Positions 9,741 to 19,720 of a DNA stretch of 64,000 nucleotides are shown piece by piece; position 1 is the first letter of the stretch; every line of letters begins with the position of its first letter. Made by a program: the position numbers and the translations under genes. The notes beneath the pieces were generated by a model. The model was not told where the DNA came from, ran no database searches, and was given only the letters and a program-made list of their open reading frames with translations. The stretch is from Rhodospirillales bacterium (GTDB lineage Bacteria; Pseudomonadota; Alphaproteobacteria; MPNO01; UBA2964), in contig JAYOLL010000004.1 of assembly GCA_038120295.1 (NCBI GenBank), positions 5,421 through 69,420 on the forward strand. The letters are read 5' to 3'.

Positions 9741-10232
9741 TCAGGCGCCGCCGCCTGCGCCGCCGCCTCCCATGCCGTCAGACTGCAATGCCAGATAGGC
9801 GATGCCGTACTTGTCGATCCGCTCCAGCTCCGTGTCGAACTGGTCGTAATGCGTTTCCTCGTCGGTCACGAGATCCTCGAACAGCTTCTTGGTGTTCGAA
9901 TCGGAGTGCTCGCCGCATTGCTTGGCGAAATCGTTATACATTTTGATGGCGTCGGTTTCCGCCTTGACCGCGGCCTTCAGCATGTCCACCGGTTCCTGGA
10001 TCTGTTCGGTGGGGAAGGCGGCTGTCATGTCGAGATCGCCCTTCAGGAAAAGGATGCGTTCGGCGATTCGCTCCATATGCATCATCTCGCCGATGGCCGT
10101 CTGCTTGAACATGGCGGCCAGTTTTGTCAGCCCCTGATCGTCGAGATGAAAATGGAAGTACATGTACTGGTGAATGGCGGCGAGTTCGTCCTGCGCCGCG
10201 CGCTGCAGCAGTTTGATGCTTTCCTCGTACAT
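9741..10232 (-). CDS. bfr: Bacterioferritin
   Basis: Ferroxidase and heme residues: DELAAIHQY, EMMH, ERIAERILFL, AETDA, DEETH. ATG preceded by GGGAG. Confidence 0.88.
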   Translation of the reverse strand: MYEESIKLLQRAAQDELAAIHQYMYFHFHLDDQGLTKLAAMFKQTAIGEMMHMERIAERILFLKGDLDMTAAFPTEQIQEPVDMLKAAVKAETDAIKMYNDFAKQCGEHSDSNTKKLFEDLVTDEETHYDQFDTELERIDKYGIAYLALQSDGMGGGGAGGGA

Positions 10233-10302
10233 GGTCACCGTCTCCCTAGATCGAAAGGTTTGCGCATCATAGCGATCCAGGGTCGCTGTGCGAGCGCGAA
10301 TT

Positions 10303-11967
10303 TCAGCCCCTGTAGCCGTATTCGCGTTTCGCCGCTTCGAGCGTGACATATCCTTCGGCGATATCGTTTTCCAGCGCCGCGCGGTCGCGCTTTGCCGGGT
10401 CGCCGTAGCCGCCGCCGCCCGCGCCGTTGAGGCGGAACACCGTGCCCTCGTCCAATTCCAGCCGGCAGGACGACGGCATGGTCTGTGCGTCCGGCGAGTC
10501 CGGATTGACGATCAGCCGGCTCGGCCCGCCCGGTCTGCCTCCGTTAAGCCCCGCCGGGGGTTCTATCGCGCGGTCGGAGCGGTAGACGATCTCCGCCGGT
10601 TCCAGCATTTCGTATTCGCGGATGAAGTTGAGGCCGCCGCGAAATTCGCCGGCGCCGCCGGAATCCGGGTTCAGTTCGAACCGGCGGACGCGGCACGGGA
10701 ACTCGGCCTCGATGATCTCCACCGGGGCGGCGAACAGGTTGGCGAGATGGGTTGTCGCCCCCGATGCACCGTCAGTGCCTTCGCCTGCGCCGTAGGCCGA
10801 ACCGAAGATTTCGTACTGGTTGCCGCGCTTGGGCCGCGTGTCGCCGCGCCACGCGACGATGATCGATCCGCCGGAACCGCCGGAATGGGCGATGGAGCGG
10901 CCGGGCAGCAGCGGGTCCATTGCTTCCAGGATCACGTCGCACAGCTTCTGACAACACTTCATGTAGGATGAGCAGGGGCGCGGCGCTTCCGCGCTGACCA
11001 CGCTCTTCGGCGCGAAGGTGAAGGAAACGAGATCGCGAATGCCGTCGCTATAGCGCAAATTCGGATCGATCAGCCCGATCAGGCAGTAATAGACGCAGGC
11101 TTCGACCATCGCGATGCGCAGATTGACCGGGCCGCGGGTCTGCGGATCGCAGCCGGTGAAATCGAAATGCAGCTTTCCGTTCTCGATTTCGATCCGCACA
11201 TGCAGCCGGACTTTCGTGTCCACGTCGACGCCGTCATGGTCGAGGAACCCTTCCGCTTCCGCGACGCCGTCCGGAATTTTGGTCAGAGCCTCGCGAAACT
11301 CGACGCCAGAGGCGGCGATCATCGCTTCCATCGATTCCAGTACGGTATCGGTTCCGAACCGGTCGCACATCTCCTGCACGTGCTTGCGTCCAATCCGCGT
11401 CACGCCGATCTGCCCGGAGATGTCGCCAAGCACGACATAGGGCGCGCGCGTATTGGCGGCGATCAGCCGCATCATGTCCTCGACCGGCTTGCCAGCGCGG
11501 TGGATGCGTACCGGCGGCAGCATCATTCCTTCATGATAGAGCTCGGTGGCGGAGCCGAACGTGCTGCCCGGCACCGTGCCGCCGACATCTGCCTTGTGCG
11601 CGATTGTCCCGGCGAAGGCGACGAGTGTGCCGTCATGAAAGATCGGGGAAACAAATCCCATGTCGGAGGCATGCGGCATGTTGCCGTCATAGGGGTGGTT
11701 GGTGACGAACACGTCGCCGTCGGCCAGCCCGTCTTCGCCGTAATCCGCGAGGATGCGCTGGACCAGGTGGTAATAGACGGGCGCGTGGAAGAACATCCAG
11801 GGCGCGACCAGTAACCGTCCCTGCGGGTCAACGATCACGCATGAGAAATCGCGCGACTCCCGGACAATGGTCGAATAGCCCGAACGGTAGAAATGGTAGT
11901 CCATCTCTTCCATCAGGCTGGCGATGCGATTGCGCAACAGCTCCACGGTAATCGGGTCGACGGCCAT
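10303..11967 (-). CDS. Hydantoinase B/oxoprolinase family protein
   Basis: YSTIVRESRDFSC; GDVFVTNHPY; AHKADVGG; DSGGAGEFRGG; GGGGYGDP. Confidence 0.92.
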   Translation of the reverse strand: MAVDPITVELLRNRIASLMEEMDYHFYRSGYSTIVRESRDFSCVIVDPQGRLLVAPWMFFHAPVYYHLVQRILADYGEDGLADGDVFVTNHPYDGNMPHASDMGFVSPIFHDGTLVAFAGTIAHKADVGGTVPGSTFGSATELYHEGMMLPPVRIHRAGKPVEDMMRLIAANTRAPYVVLGDISGQIGVTRIGRKHVQEMCDRFGTDTVLESMEAMIAASGVEFREALTKIPDGVAEAEGFLDHDGVDVDTKVRLHVRIEIENGKLHFDFTGCDPQTRGPVNLRIAMVEACVYYCLIGLIDPNLRYSDGIRDLVSFTFAPKSVVSAEAPRPCSSYMKCCQKLCDVILEAMDPLLPGRSIAHSGGSGGSIIVAWRGDTRPKRGNQYEIFGSAYGAGEGTDGASGATTHLANLFAAPVEIIEAEFPCRVRRFELNPDSGGAGEFRGGLNFIREYEMLEPAEIVYRSDRAIEPPAGLNGGRPGGPSRLIVNPDSPDAQTMPSSCRLELDEGTVFRLNGAGGGGYGDPAKRDRAALENDIAEGYVTLEAAKREYGYRG

Positions 11968-11971
11968 GGTC

Positions 11972-14044
11972 CTAACTCTCCCGCTCGGCGACGATGTTGC
12001 CGTAATGGTCCAGACGGGCCGTCCAGCCCGGCGGCAGGACGGTCGTGGAATCGAACTGCTCGATGACCGCCGGTCCTTCGATGGCGGCTGCGGTCAGCGC
12101 ATCGCGGTCGTAAACCGGCGCTTCGAAACGCGACCGACCGTCGAACGTGACCGACCGCGTTCCCTTCGACGCAGCAGCCTCATCCGACAGCCCGTCCAAC
12201 GCTGGCAAATCCTGCTTCGGAACGGGTGCGCGGACGCGGACGCGATAGGACACGACCTCGATCGCCTGATCGGGCGCCGAATGGCCATGCAGCGTCTGGT
12301 GCAGCTCGTGGAATCGGGCGGCGATCTCGGTGAGGGAAGCCGCCGTTACCGGATTCACGTCGATTCCGTCGAGCGGCGTGCGGATTTCGTAGCCTTGCCC
12401 GGCATAGCGCAGATCCAGCTCCCGGATGAAGTGTCGTTCGCGCCCGCCGAGCCCTTCCCCTGCAAGGTCCTCGTCGGCCTGCGATTCAAGCGCGGCGAAC
12501 TGCGTCTCGGCGTGGTCCGGCGGCAGATCGCCGAGATCGCGCACTTCGGAGCGCACGTAATCGTGCACGATGTCGGAACAGAGCAGCCCCAGCGCCGAAA
12601 AAGCCCCGGGGTTGGGCGGCACCAGTACGCGGCGAATGCCGAGCTCGTCCGCCACCATCGCGGCATGCACCGGGCCCGCCCCGCCGAACGGCACCAGCGT
12701 GAACTCGGACAGATCGATCACTTTCTTGGCCGCGCCGACGCGGATTTCGTCGGCCATACGCGCATTGATCAGCCGCACGATCCCGGCGGCGGCTTCGTCG
12801 GTTGAAATACCCATCGGCGTAGCGATGGTCTCACCGATCACGGAGGCGGCCTTGCCGCCGTCCATCGGCGTTTCGCCGCCAAGGATAAAATCCGGATTAA
12901 GGAAACCACAGATCAGGTCGGCATCGGTCACCGTCGGGCGGTCGCCGCCCTTGCCGTAACAGACCGGACCCGGATCGGCGCCTGCGCTGTCAGGGCCGAC
13001 CGACATCAGCCTGGCAGCGCCCATGCGCGCGATGGTGCCGCCGCCTGCGGAAATGGTCGCGATGTCGAAGGCGGGCACGTCGAGCCGGCGCTCGGCGATG
13101 GCGCCTTCCGTCACTTCCAGCGGCGTTGCATCCTGGATGAAGGCGATATCGCAGCTCGTCCCGCCCATATCCATGGTGACGATATTGGCGACGCCCTGTT
13201 TCCCGCCGAGCACGTAGCCGGTCGCCTGCACGCCTGCGGCAGGCCCCGACAGCAGCGTATGCACCGTCTGGCCGCGACCCGCCGTCGCGCCGAGCGGCAT
13301 GACACCGCCGTTGGACTGCATCAGGAAGCGTCGCGGCGTCGCGACTTCGATCGTATCCAGCCCCTTGTCCAGATCGGTCGCGTAACGCGCCAGCACCGGC
13401 TCCAGATAGGCGTTGAGCAGCGTGGTCGAGAGGCGCGGCCATTCGCGGATGCGCGGCAGCACATCGGACGACAGCGATACGAAGGCGCCCGGCACTTCCT
13501 CGCGAATGATCTCCGCCGTGCGCTTCTCGTGCGCCGGGTTCATGAAGGAAAAGATGTAGCAGACAGCGAAAGATTCCACGCCCGCCATGGAAAGATCGCG
13601 CGCCGCATGGCGCACATCCTCTTCTAGCAGCGGTGCGATCTCGGTTCCCTGATAATCGACACGGCCTGCGATCTCTCGCGTGAGCCGTTGCGGCACGAGC
13701 GCCGTGGGCCGCGCGAATTTCAGCTCGAACTGGTTGGATTCGCGCGCCTGTGTCTGGACCTCCTGCACCGCGCGGAATCCGTCGGTGATCAGCAGCCCTA
13801 TCCTGGCACCCTTCATCTCCAGCAGGGCGTTGGTGGTGACGGTGGTGCCGTGGCTGAAGAAATCGATATCGCCCGGCGCAACGCCGCGCGCGATCAGCCG
13901 CCTGACGCCTTCAAGCACCGCCAGAGACGGATTCGAGGGCGTCGAGTGGACCTTTTCGATCAGTATGTCGCCAGTGTCGGCGTCGGCCAGCACCAGATCG
14001 GTGTGGGTGCCGCCGACATCGACGCCGAGACGGTTGGTCGTCAT
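11972..14044 (-). CDS. Hydantoinase A/oxoprolinase family protein (ATP-binding subunit)
   Basis: DVGGTHTD; HGTTVTTNALL; SGPAAG; DMGGTSCD; GPDSAGADPGPVCYG. Confidence 0.92.
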   Translation of the reverse strand: MTTNRLGVDVGGTHTDLVLADADTGDILIEKVHSTPSNPSLAVLEGVRRLIARGVAPGDIDFFSHGTTVTTNALLEMKGARIGLLITDGFRAVQEVQTQARESNQFELKFARPTALVPQRLTREIAGRVDYQGTEIAPLLEEDVRHAARDLSMAGVESFAVCYIFSFMNPAHEKRTAEIIREEVPGAFVSLSSDVLPRIREWPRLSTTLLNAYLEPVLARYATDLDKGLDTIEVATPRRFLMQSNGGVMPLGATAGRGQTVHTLLSGPAAGVQATGYVLGGKQGVANIVTMDMGGTSCDIAFIQDATPLEVTEGAIAERRLDVPAFDIATISAGGGTIARMGAARLMSVGPDSAGADPGPVCYGKGGDRPTVTDADLICGFLNPDFILGGETPMDGGKAASVIGETIATPMGISTDEAAAGIVRLINARMADEIRVGAAKKVIDLSEFTLVPFGGAGPVHAAMVADELGIRRVLVPPNPGAFSALGLLCSDIVHDYVRSEVRDLGDLPPDHAETQFAALESQADEDLAGEGLGGRERHFIRELDLRYAGQGYEIRTPLDGIDVNPVTAASLTEIAARFHELHQTLHGHSAPDQAIEVVSYRVRVRAPVPKQDLPALDGLSDEAAASKGTRSVTFDGRSRFEAPVYDRDALTAAAIEGPAVIEQFDSTTVLPPGWTARLDHYGNIVAERES

Positions 14045-14063
14045 GCTGGTACTTTCTGGGTCC

Positions 14064-15440
14064 CTATTTCAACAGCTCCTGGCTGATCCAGCGGCCCACC
14101 GAGGTCAGGTCCTCGTCGCAGTCCCATCTTCCCTGAAGCTGCAGGCCGAGCGGCATGTCCTCGGCGGTGAGGACCGGCAGAGAGATCGCCGGCATGCCGA
14201 TGATCGAGGACGACTCGTTGAACACGGCGCTGCCCTGGTCGATGCCGATCGGGCCGGGGCCGGGCGAAGCCAGCGTGACGAATCCGTCGGACCGAGTGCA
14301 CAGCTCGTCATGCATGCGCCGCCAGTATTCGCGGCGCACCAGGGCGGCGCGGTATTCCTCCTGCCGCAGGCCGGCGCCTTCCTGTACGCCGGCCTTGAGA
14401 CGCGGCGGAATCTTGTCGGCGTCGTAATCGAGATACTGGTACATCGGCCAGCGCATCTCGAACCGGTAAAGCTGCCGCCACAGCTCGGGCGACTGGCTGG
14501 TTTCCTGCTCATAGGCCTCGATCGCCGGGTCGTCGCGCCGCGTATAGATCTCGACGCCCTGCGCTTCGAGCGCGCGCAGCGCCGCGTCGTAGGCCTCGCG
14601 GCTTTCGTCGTCGGTCGAGGCCCAGCCGGCCCCTTCAAGCCGGATCAGACGCTCCGGCTTGCGCGCGGGCGGCGGTGTGCGGCTGCCATACATGCCGGGA
14701 TGTCCCGGATCGCCGCCGGCATGTTCCGAGATATAGCGCGCCACGATCCACATATCCTCGATCGAGCCGGCGATGACGCCGAGATGGTCCATCGACTGCG
14801 CCGCCGAGAAGCCGCCCTGGCGGTTGAGCGCGCCGAATGTCGCCTTGAGCCCGTAGACGCCGCAGAAGCTGGCCGGCCGGATGGTCGAGCCGCGCGCATG
14901 GGTGCCGAGCGCGCCCGGGATCATCGCCGCGCCGACCGCCGCGCAGGAACCGGAAGAGGAGCCGCCCGGTGTGCGCCTTGTGTCGAACGGGTTGCGGGAT
15001 TTCGAGGGATCGCCGCCGCCGAGCGTCACCGTCACCGTTTTACCGAGGATGATCGCGCCGCCCTTGCGCAGGAAATAGACCGAGGCCGCGTCGCGGATCG
15101 GCTGGTTGCCCTCGAACAGTTCGCAATTGTACTCGGTGGGCATATCGACCGTTTCGATCAGGTCCTTGATGCCGAGCGGCATGCCGTCGACGATGGAGAG
15201 CGGCTTGCCGTTCTTGTAGCGGGCGGTGGATTCGTCGGCGACCTTCCGTGCCGGATCGGCGTTCAGATAGGCCCAGGCCTTCACCTGCTCGTCGCACTCC
15301 GAGATTTTTTCGAGGCAGCGTTCGAGGTAGTTTCGCGGCGTATCCTCGCCGAAGAGAAATTTTGCGCGCTGATCGTGGAAGGTCAGCAGGTCATAGGATT
15401 TCGGGTCGTAGGCGCCAATGCCGGGTGCCGGTTCGGTCAT
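14064..15440 (-). CDS. Amidase signature family enzyme
   Basis: GIKDL catalytic Lys; TPGGSSSGS; GTHARGSTIRPASFCG. ATG after AGGGAG. Confidence 0.9.
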   Translation of the reverse strand: MTEPAPGIGAYDPKSYDLLTFHDQRAKFLFGEDTPRNYLERCLEKISECDEQVKAWAYLNADPARKVADESTARYKNGKPLSIVDGMPLGIKDLIETVDMPTEYNCELFEGNQPIRDAASVYFLRKGGAIILGKTVTVTLGGGDPSKSRNPFDTRRTPGGSSSGSCAAVGAAMIPGALGTHARGSTIRPASFCGVYGLKATFGALNRQGGFSAAQSMDHLGVIAGSIEDMWIVARYISEHAGGDPGHPGMYGSRTPPPARKPERLIRLEGAGWASTDDESREAYDAALRALEAQGVEIYTRRDDPAIEAYEQETSQSPELWRQLYRFEMRWPMYQYLDYDADKIPPRLKAGVQEGAGLRQEEYRAALVRREYWRRMHDELCTRSDGFVTLASPGPGPIGIDQGSAVFNESSSIIGMPAISLPVLTAEDMPLGLQLQGRWDCDEDLTSVGRWISQELLK

Positions 15441-15563
15441 TTTTTTCTCCCTCTGGGTCGTTGGTTGCTCCAGCCCGCTCCTCCAACTGGCCATCCATGA
15501 GGATCATCATGCAAGAGATCCCTGGGGTGGCCGGGTGGGGGCGTGGGCCGGTGCCGTTTTTTT

Positions 15564-15579
15564 GAACGAAGTTTCGTTC
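15564..15579. promoter_or_regulatory. Palindromic operator candidate in the divergent amidase/SDR promoter
   Basis: GAACGAA-GT-TTCGTTC, a perfect 7-bp inverted repeat in an AT-rich intergenic region. Confidence 0.5.
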
Positions 15580-15623
15580 TAAGATTTCAGCAATCTACAG
15601 AATAAATTTTGGGAGGAAAACCG

Positions 15624-16385
15624 ATGGCAACTTTACTTGACGGGCGCGTCGCGCTGATCACGGGTTCCGGGGGCGGAATGGGGCGCAGCCACGCGGTCCT
15701 CATGGCCGAACGCGGCGCAGATATTATCGTGCACGATATCAAGGAAGACGGCGCGAACGAGACTGCCGAAATGGTGCGGAAGGCGGGAAGGACGGCTCAT
15801 GTCATGATCGCGGATTCCCGCGACCTGCCCGATTTCAAGGCGAAAATCGCCGAGGCGGAGAAGGCCTGTGGCCATATCGACATTCTCGTCAACAATGCCG
15901 GCGTGAGCGGCAACAAGCTCCCCATTGAGGACGTGGATGAGGCCGCCTACGACGCGATGTTCGATATCGGCGTCAAGGGCGCGTTCTTTGCGACCCAGGC
16001 AGTGGTGCCCGGTATGAAATCGCGCCAGTGGGGGCGGATCGTCATGATCTCGTCGATCTACGCGATGGGCGGCAGTTCCTTCGCGTCACACTACGCGGCG
16101 GCGAAGGGCGCCATGTCGGGCTACACCAAGGCCTGGGCGCGCGAGCTTGCAGCATGGAAAATCACCGTCAACGCCGTCGCGCCGGGATTCGTCCTGACCG
16201 GCATGACGCAGGCCTCGAACACACCCGAAATGATCGAGGCGCGCGGCAAGGGGATGCCGCTCGGCCGGCTGACCGAGCCGCAGGACATTTCCTACGCCGT
16301 TGCCTGGCTCGCCTCGGACGAGGCGGAGGTGGTGACGGGACAGGTCATCAGCCCGAATTCGGGTGAAACGATTGTCGGGTATTGA
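15624..16385 (+). CDS. SDR family NAD(P)-dependent oxidoreductase (FabG-like)
   Basis: TGSGGGMG; NNAG; YAAAK; NAVAPG. GGGAGG RBS. Confidence 0.92.
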   Translation: MATLLDGRVALITGSGGGMGRSHAVLMAERGADIIVHDIKEDGANETAEMVRKAGRTAHVMIADSRDLPDFKAKIAEAEKACGHIDILVNNAGVSGNKLPIEDVDEAAYDAMFDIGVKGAFFATQAVVPGMKSRQWGRIVMISSIYAMGGSSFASHYAAAKGAMSGYTKAWARELAAWKITVNAVAPGFVLTGMTQASNTPEMIEARGKGMPLGRLTEPQDISYAVAWLASDEAEVVTGQVISPNSGETIVGY

Positions 16386-16398
16386 GGGAGTACGAAAC

Positions 16399-17337
16399 AT
16401 GCGCGCAGTAGGGCTGAAAGATTTCGGCGGGCCGGAGGTTCTCGAAATTCTCGATGTGCCGGAGGTCCATGCCGGGCCGGGCCAGGTCCGGATCAGCGTG
16501 CAGGCGGCGGCGGTCAACCCGACCGACCTGATGGCGCGCAACGGGGCGCGGGCGGAACAGCTTCGGGCCGAGACCCCGCCGCCCTGGGTGCCGGGGATGG
16601 ATGTCGCGGGCATCGTCGACGAGGTCGGGGACGGCGTGACGTCTCTGGCCGTCGGCGACATGGTGATGGGCATGGTGGTCACCAAAGGCAGCCATGGCGG
16701 CTACCGCGAGCAGATCGTACTGGGCGAGCGCTCGGTGACGAAGGTGCCTGCAGGCGCATCGCCTGCCGAGGCCTGCACCCTGCCGATGAACGGTATGACG
16801 GCGACGCGGATTCTCGATTTGCTCGATCTCTCGCCCGGTCAGGTGCTGGCGGTGACCGGCGCGGCGGGCGCGCTCGGCGGCTATCTGATCGCGATCGCCA
16901 AGGCTGACGGGCTGACGGTGATCGCCGACGCATCCGAAGCCGACGAAGCGCTGATTGCCTCGTTCGGCGCGGATATCGTGGTGCGGCGCGGCGACGATGT
17001 GGCGGATCGCATCCGAGAGAATTTTCCCGACGGGGTCGACGGTCTGGCCGACGGGGCGGTGATGCGGGAGCTGGCCGTGCCGGCGGTGCGCGATGGCGGG
17101 TCGTTCGCCTCGGTGCGCGGCTGGCAGGGCAATGGCGAGCGCGGCATCGCCTTCCATACCGTTTCGGTCCGCGCCTATGACGGCGAGTTCGAAAAGCTGG
17201 ATCGGCTGCGCCGGCTGGCGGACGAGGGGCGCATCACGCTCCGCGTCGCCGACCGGTTCCAGCCGGAGAATGCGGCGGACGCCCATCGCCGGCTGGAAGC
17301 AGGCGGCGTGCGCGGGCGGCTGGTGATCGAGTTCTGA
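16399..17337 (+). CDS. MDR family NADP-dependent oxidoreductase (quinone oxidoreductase-like)
   Basis: FGGPEVL; VNPTD; PGMDVAG; TGAAGALG; RGRLVI. Confidence 0.9.
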   Translation: MRAVGLKDFGGPEVLEILDVPEVHAGPGQVRISVQAAAVNPTDLMARNGARAEQLRAETPPPWVPGMDVAGIVDEVGDGVTSLAVGDMVMGMVVTKGSHGGYREQIVLGERSVTKVPAGASPAEACTLPMNGMTATRILDLLDLSPGQVLAVTGAAGALGGYLIAIAKADGLTVIADASEADEALIASFGADIVVRRGDDVADRIRENFPDGVDGLADGAVMRELAVPAVRDGGSFASVRGWQGNGERGIAFHTVSVRAYDGEFEKLDRLRRLADEGRITLRVADRFQPENAADAHRRLEAGGVRGRLVIEF

Positions 17338-17607
17338 ATGAAGGAACTGCCGCCCGGCGTTACGGCCTACAAGCGGACGGAGAGTTTTACGGAAGACACC
17401 GTCCCCAAGGGTCTTTTGGCCGATCACAGGACCGCCGAGGGAGTCTGGGGCCTGATCCAGGTCGAGGAGGGGCGGCTCGACTACATTATCGGCGACGACG
17501 ACGCGGTTGTGCTTACGCAAGGGCGAAACGGTGTGGTCGAACCGCAGGTAACCCACCGGGTCCGACCGGTCGGAAAAGTCCGCTTCTTCGTTGAGTTCTA
17601 CCGCTAG
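17338..17607 (+). CDS. DUF1971/TehB-N-like small cupin protein
   Basis: YKRT..FTEDTVP.GLL..H.T..GVWG...V.EG.L...PQ..H.V...FFVEFY pattern; starts immediately after the upstream TGA. Confidence 0.75.
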   Translation: MKELPPGVTAYKRTESFTEDTVPKGLLADHRTAEGVWGLIQVEEGRLDYIIGDDDAVVLTQGRNGVVEPQVTHRVRPVGKVRFFVEFYR

Positions 17608-17613
17608 ACCCGC

Positions 17614-18978
17614 CTATTTCGTGATGATTTCCGGGCCCATCAGGGCTGTCGGAATCGCCGTGGAAATCCACGGCACGTATGTCACAAGGATCAGGAAGAT
17701 GAACATGATGCCGACCCAGGGCAGGGCGGCCTTCACAACGGCCATCACCGACATGGCCGCAACGCCCGCCGTAACGAACAGGTTCAGCCCGACGGGCGGG
17801 GTAATCATGCCGATCTCCATGTTCACGACCATAATGATCCCAAGGTGTATGGGGTCGATTCCGAGCTGAATCGCGATCGGGAACACCAGCGGCGCGACGA
17901 TAATCAGGAGCCCCGACGGCTCCATGAACTGTCCGCCGATCAGCAGCAGGATATTTACCGCGATCAGGAAGGCGATCGGACCCAGACCCGCTGACAGGAT
18001 CATCTGGGCGATCTCCTGCGGAATACGTTCTTCCGTCAGCACATGTTTGAGGATCAGTGCATTGGCGATGATGAACATCAGGGTGACGGTCAGCTTTCCG
18101 GCCTCGAACAGGGTTTTTTTCGTGTCGGGGTGCCAGAAGGTCGATATCGCGCGCGTGACGATCGCGAGGCCGCCTTTGCCCGGCGTGGCGAACGGCCCCA
18201 TGTCGCAATAGACGAAATTGGCGATGAAAAACGCGTAGACTGCGGCGACGGCGGCCGCCTCGGTCGGCGTGAAGATGCCGCCGTAAATACCGCCGAGAAT
18301 TATGACGATCAGAAGGAGGCCCCATGCGGCGTCGCGCGCAGCGCCCCAGAATTCGCCCCAGCCCGCCCAGGGCTGGGACGGCAGGCCGCGAAAGCGCGCG
18401 GCGATGTAGATGCCGATCATCAGCATCAAACCGGCGATCAGGCCCGGCAGAATTCCGGCGAGGAACATTCGGCCCACCGATACGTCCGTCGCGGCGGCGT
18501 AAACCACCATGACGATCGAAGGCGGGATAAGAATGCCCAGCGTGCCCGCATTGCATATGACGCCGGCCGCAAATTCCTTCGAATAACCGACGTCCCGCAT
18601 GCCGGCGATCACGATCGAACCGATCGCGATGACTGTCGCCGGGGAAGACCCCGACAGGGCGGCAAACATCATGCAGGCGAAGACGGATGCGATGGCGAGA
18701 CCGCCCTTGAAATGACCGACAGTCGCGATGGCGAAGCGGATGATCCGCCGGGCGACTCCGCCGGTCGACATGAAGGACGATGCAAGAATGAAGAACGGGA
18801 TCGCGAGAAGCGTATAGTGCCCGTCAAATGCGGAGAAAAGTGTCTGGGCAATGGAGGCAAGGGATGCGTCCGAAAACGTCATCAGGAATATGACGCTGGA
18901 AAGCCCGAGCGAAACGGCGACCGGAACGCCCAGCGCCATCAGGCCAATAACCATTCCGAACAGAAAAACGACAGACAT
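17614..18978 (-). CDS. dctM: TRAP C4-dicarboxylate transporter large permease
   Basis: LLAIPFFIL; SGSSPAT; GTLGILIPPS; FTPTEAA; GMITPPVGLNLFV. Confidence 0.93.
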   Translation of the reverse strand: MSVVFLFGMVIGLMALGVPVAVSLGLSSVIFLMTFSDASLASIAQTLFSAFDGHYTLLAIPFFILASSFMSTGGVARRIIRFAIATVGHFKGGLAIASVFACMMFAALSGSSPATVIAIGSIVIAGMRDVGYSKEFAAGVICNAGTLGILIPPSIVMVVYAAATDVSVGRMFLAGILPGLIAGLMLMIGIYIAARFRGLPSQPWAGWGEFWGAARDAAWGLLLIVIILGGIYGGIFTPTEAAAVAAVYAFFIANFVYCDMGPFATPGKGGLAIVTRAISTFWHPDTKKTLFEAGKLTVTLMFIIANALILKHVLTEERIPQEIAQMILSAGLGPIAFLIAVNILLLIGGQFMEPSGLLIIVAPLVFPIAIQLGIDPIHLGIIMVVNMEIGMITPPVGLNLFVTAGVAAMSVMAVVKAALPWVGIMFIFLILVTYVPWISTAIPTALMGPEIITK

Positions 18979-18981
18979 CGT

Positions 18982-19617
18982 CTAGCGCCCCGCGTCCCGG
19001 GCGTCCGCTGTCTGCGCGGTCTCTTCAAGAAGCTCTTCGGCTTCGTGCGATGCGATGACGGAGTCCTGTGTCCCCTGGAAGATACGCCATCCCGCCTGAC
19101 AGAAACGCCAGGTCAGGAGGGTGAGGCTGAGCGGCAGCACAAAATACGGGATGAAGCGTGGAATTTTTTCATACTTCTCTCCCTCATTGAGCCATGTTGC
19201 CAGGAATTGCAGGAAATCCGGCATCGGGATGTCGTCGACCTCGAAGAATGCCTGCGTCGTTGCGAACGGGTACCAGTAATCCCACGCGCCCTTGAGCAGC
19301 AGAACGGAGAACAGGAGGCAGGCGCCGACGGCAAACAGCCCGGCCGCCTTTCTGGCCTGCAGCGAGAGGTTCGCGATGACCATGTCGACACCCAGATGAA
19401 GGGACTTCTTGACGCAGTAGGACGCGCCGAGAAGGACCATCCAGGCGAACAGGTAGACGGTTGTCTCAAGCGCCCATAGCAGATTGTCGTTGAACACATA
19501 CCGGGCGACGACATTGGCGAACGTGACGAGCGTCATCAGACCCATCAGGACGGCCATCAGGGTTTCCTCAATCTGATCGGTGCGCCGTCCGAGGGCGCTC
19601 TGCCCAGCGATCTGCAT
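18982..19617 (-). CDS. dctQ: TRAP transporter small permease
   Basis: Four TM helices; NVVARY...WALE...H motif; lies between dctP and dctM. Confidence 0.88.
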   Translation of the reverse strand: MQIAGQSALGRRTDQIEETLMAVLMGLMTLVTFANVVARYVFNDNLLWALETTVYLFAWMVLLGASYCVKKSLHLGVDMVIANLSLQARKAAGLFAVGACLLFSVLLLKGAWDYWYPFATTQAFFEVDDIPMPDFLQFLATWLNEGEKYEKIPRFIPYFVLPLSLTLLTWRFCQAGWRIFQGTQDSVIASHEAEELLEETAQTADARDAGR

Positions 19618-19638
19618 ATCGCCTTTACGTCCCGTCAC

Positions 19639-19671
19639 AAAAAAAGAGCGGTCGACTTTCGCCGACCGCTC
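19639..19671 (-). terminator. Hairpin/terminator after dctP
   Basis: gagcggtcg-loop-cgaccgctc with an A7 run (U-tract on the minus strand). Confidence 0.75.
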
Positions 19672-19720
19672 AACCTTAATCGACAGGCTGTCAATTGGAC
19701 AACCTGAATGGAAACAGCTG

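Noticed and set aside
5144-15500. Long plus-strand ORFs (5144..6544, 6460..7977, 13680..15500 and others)
   Set aside because: Antisense shadows of well-supported genes, typical of high-GC codon bias; no motifs.
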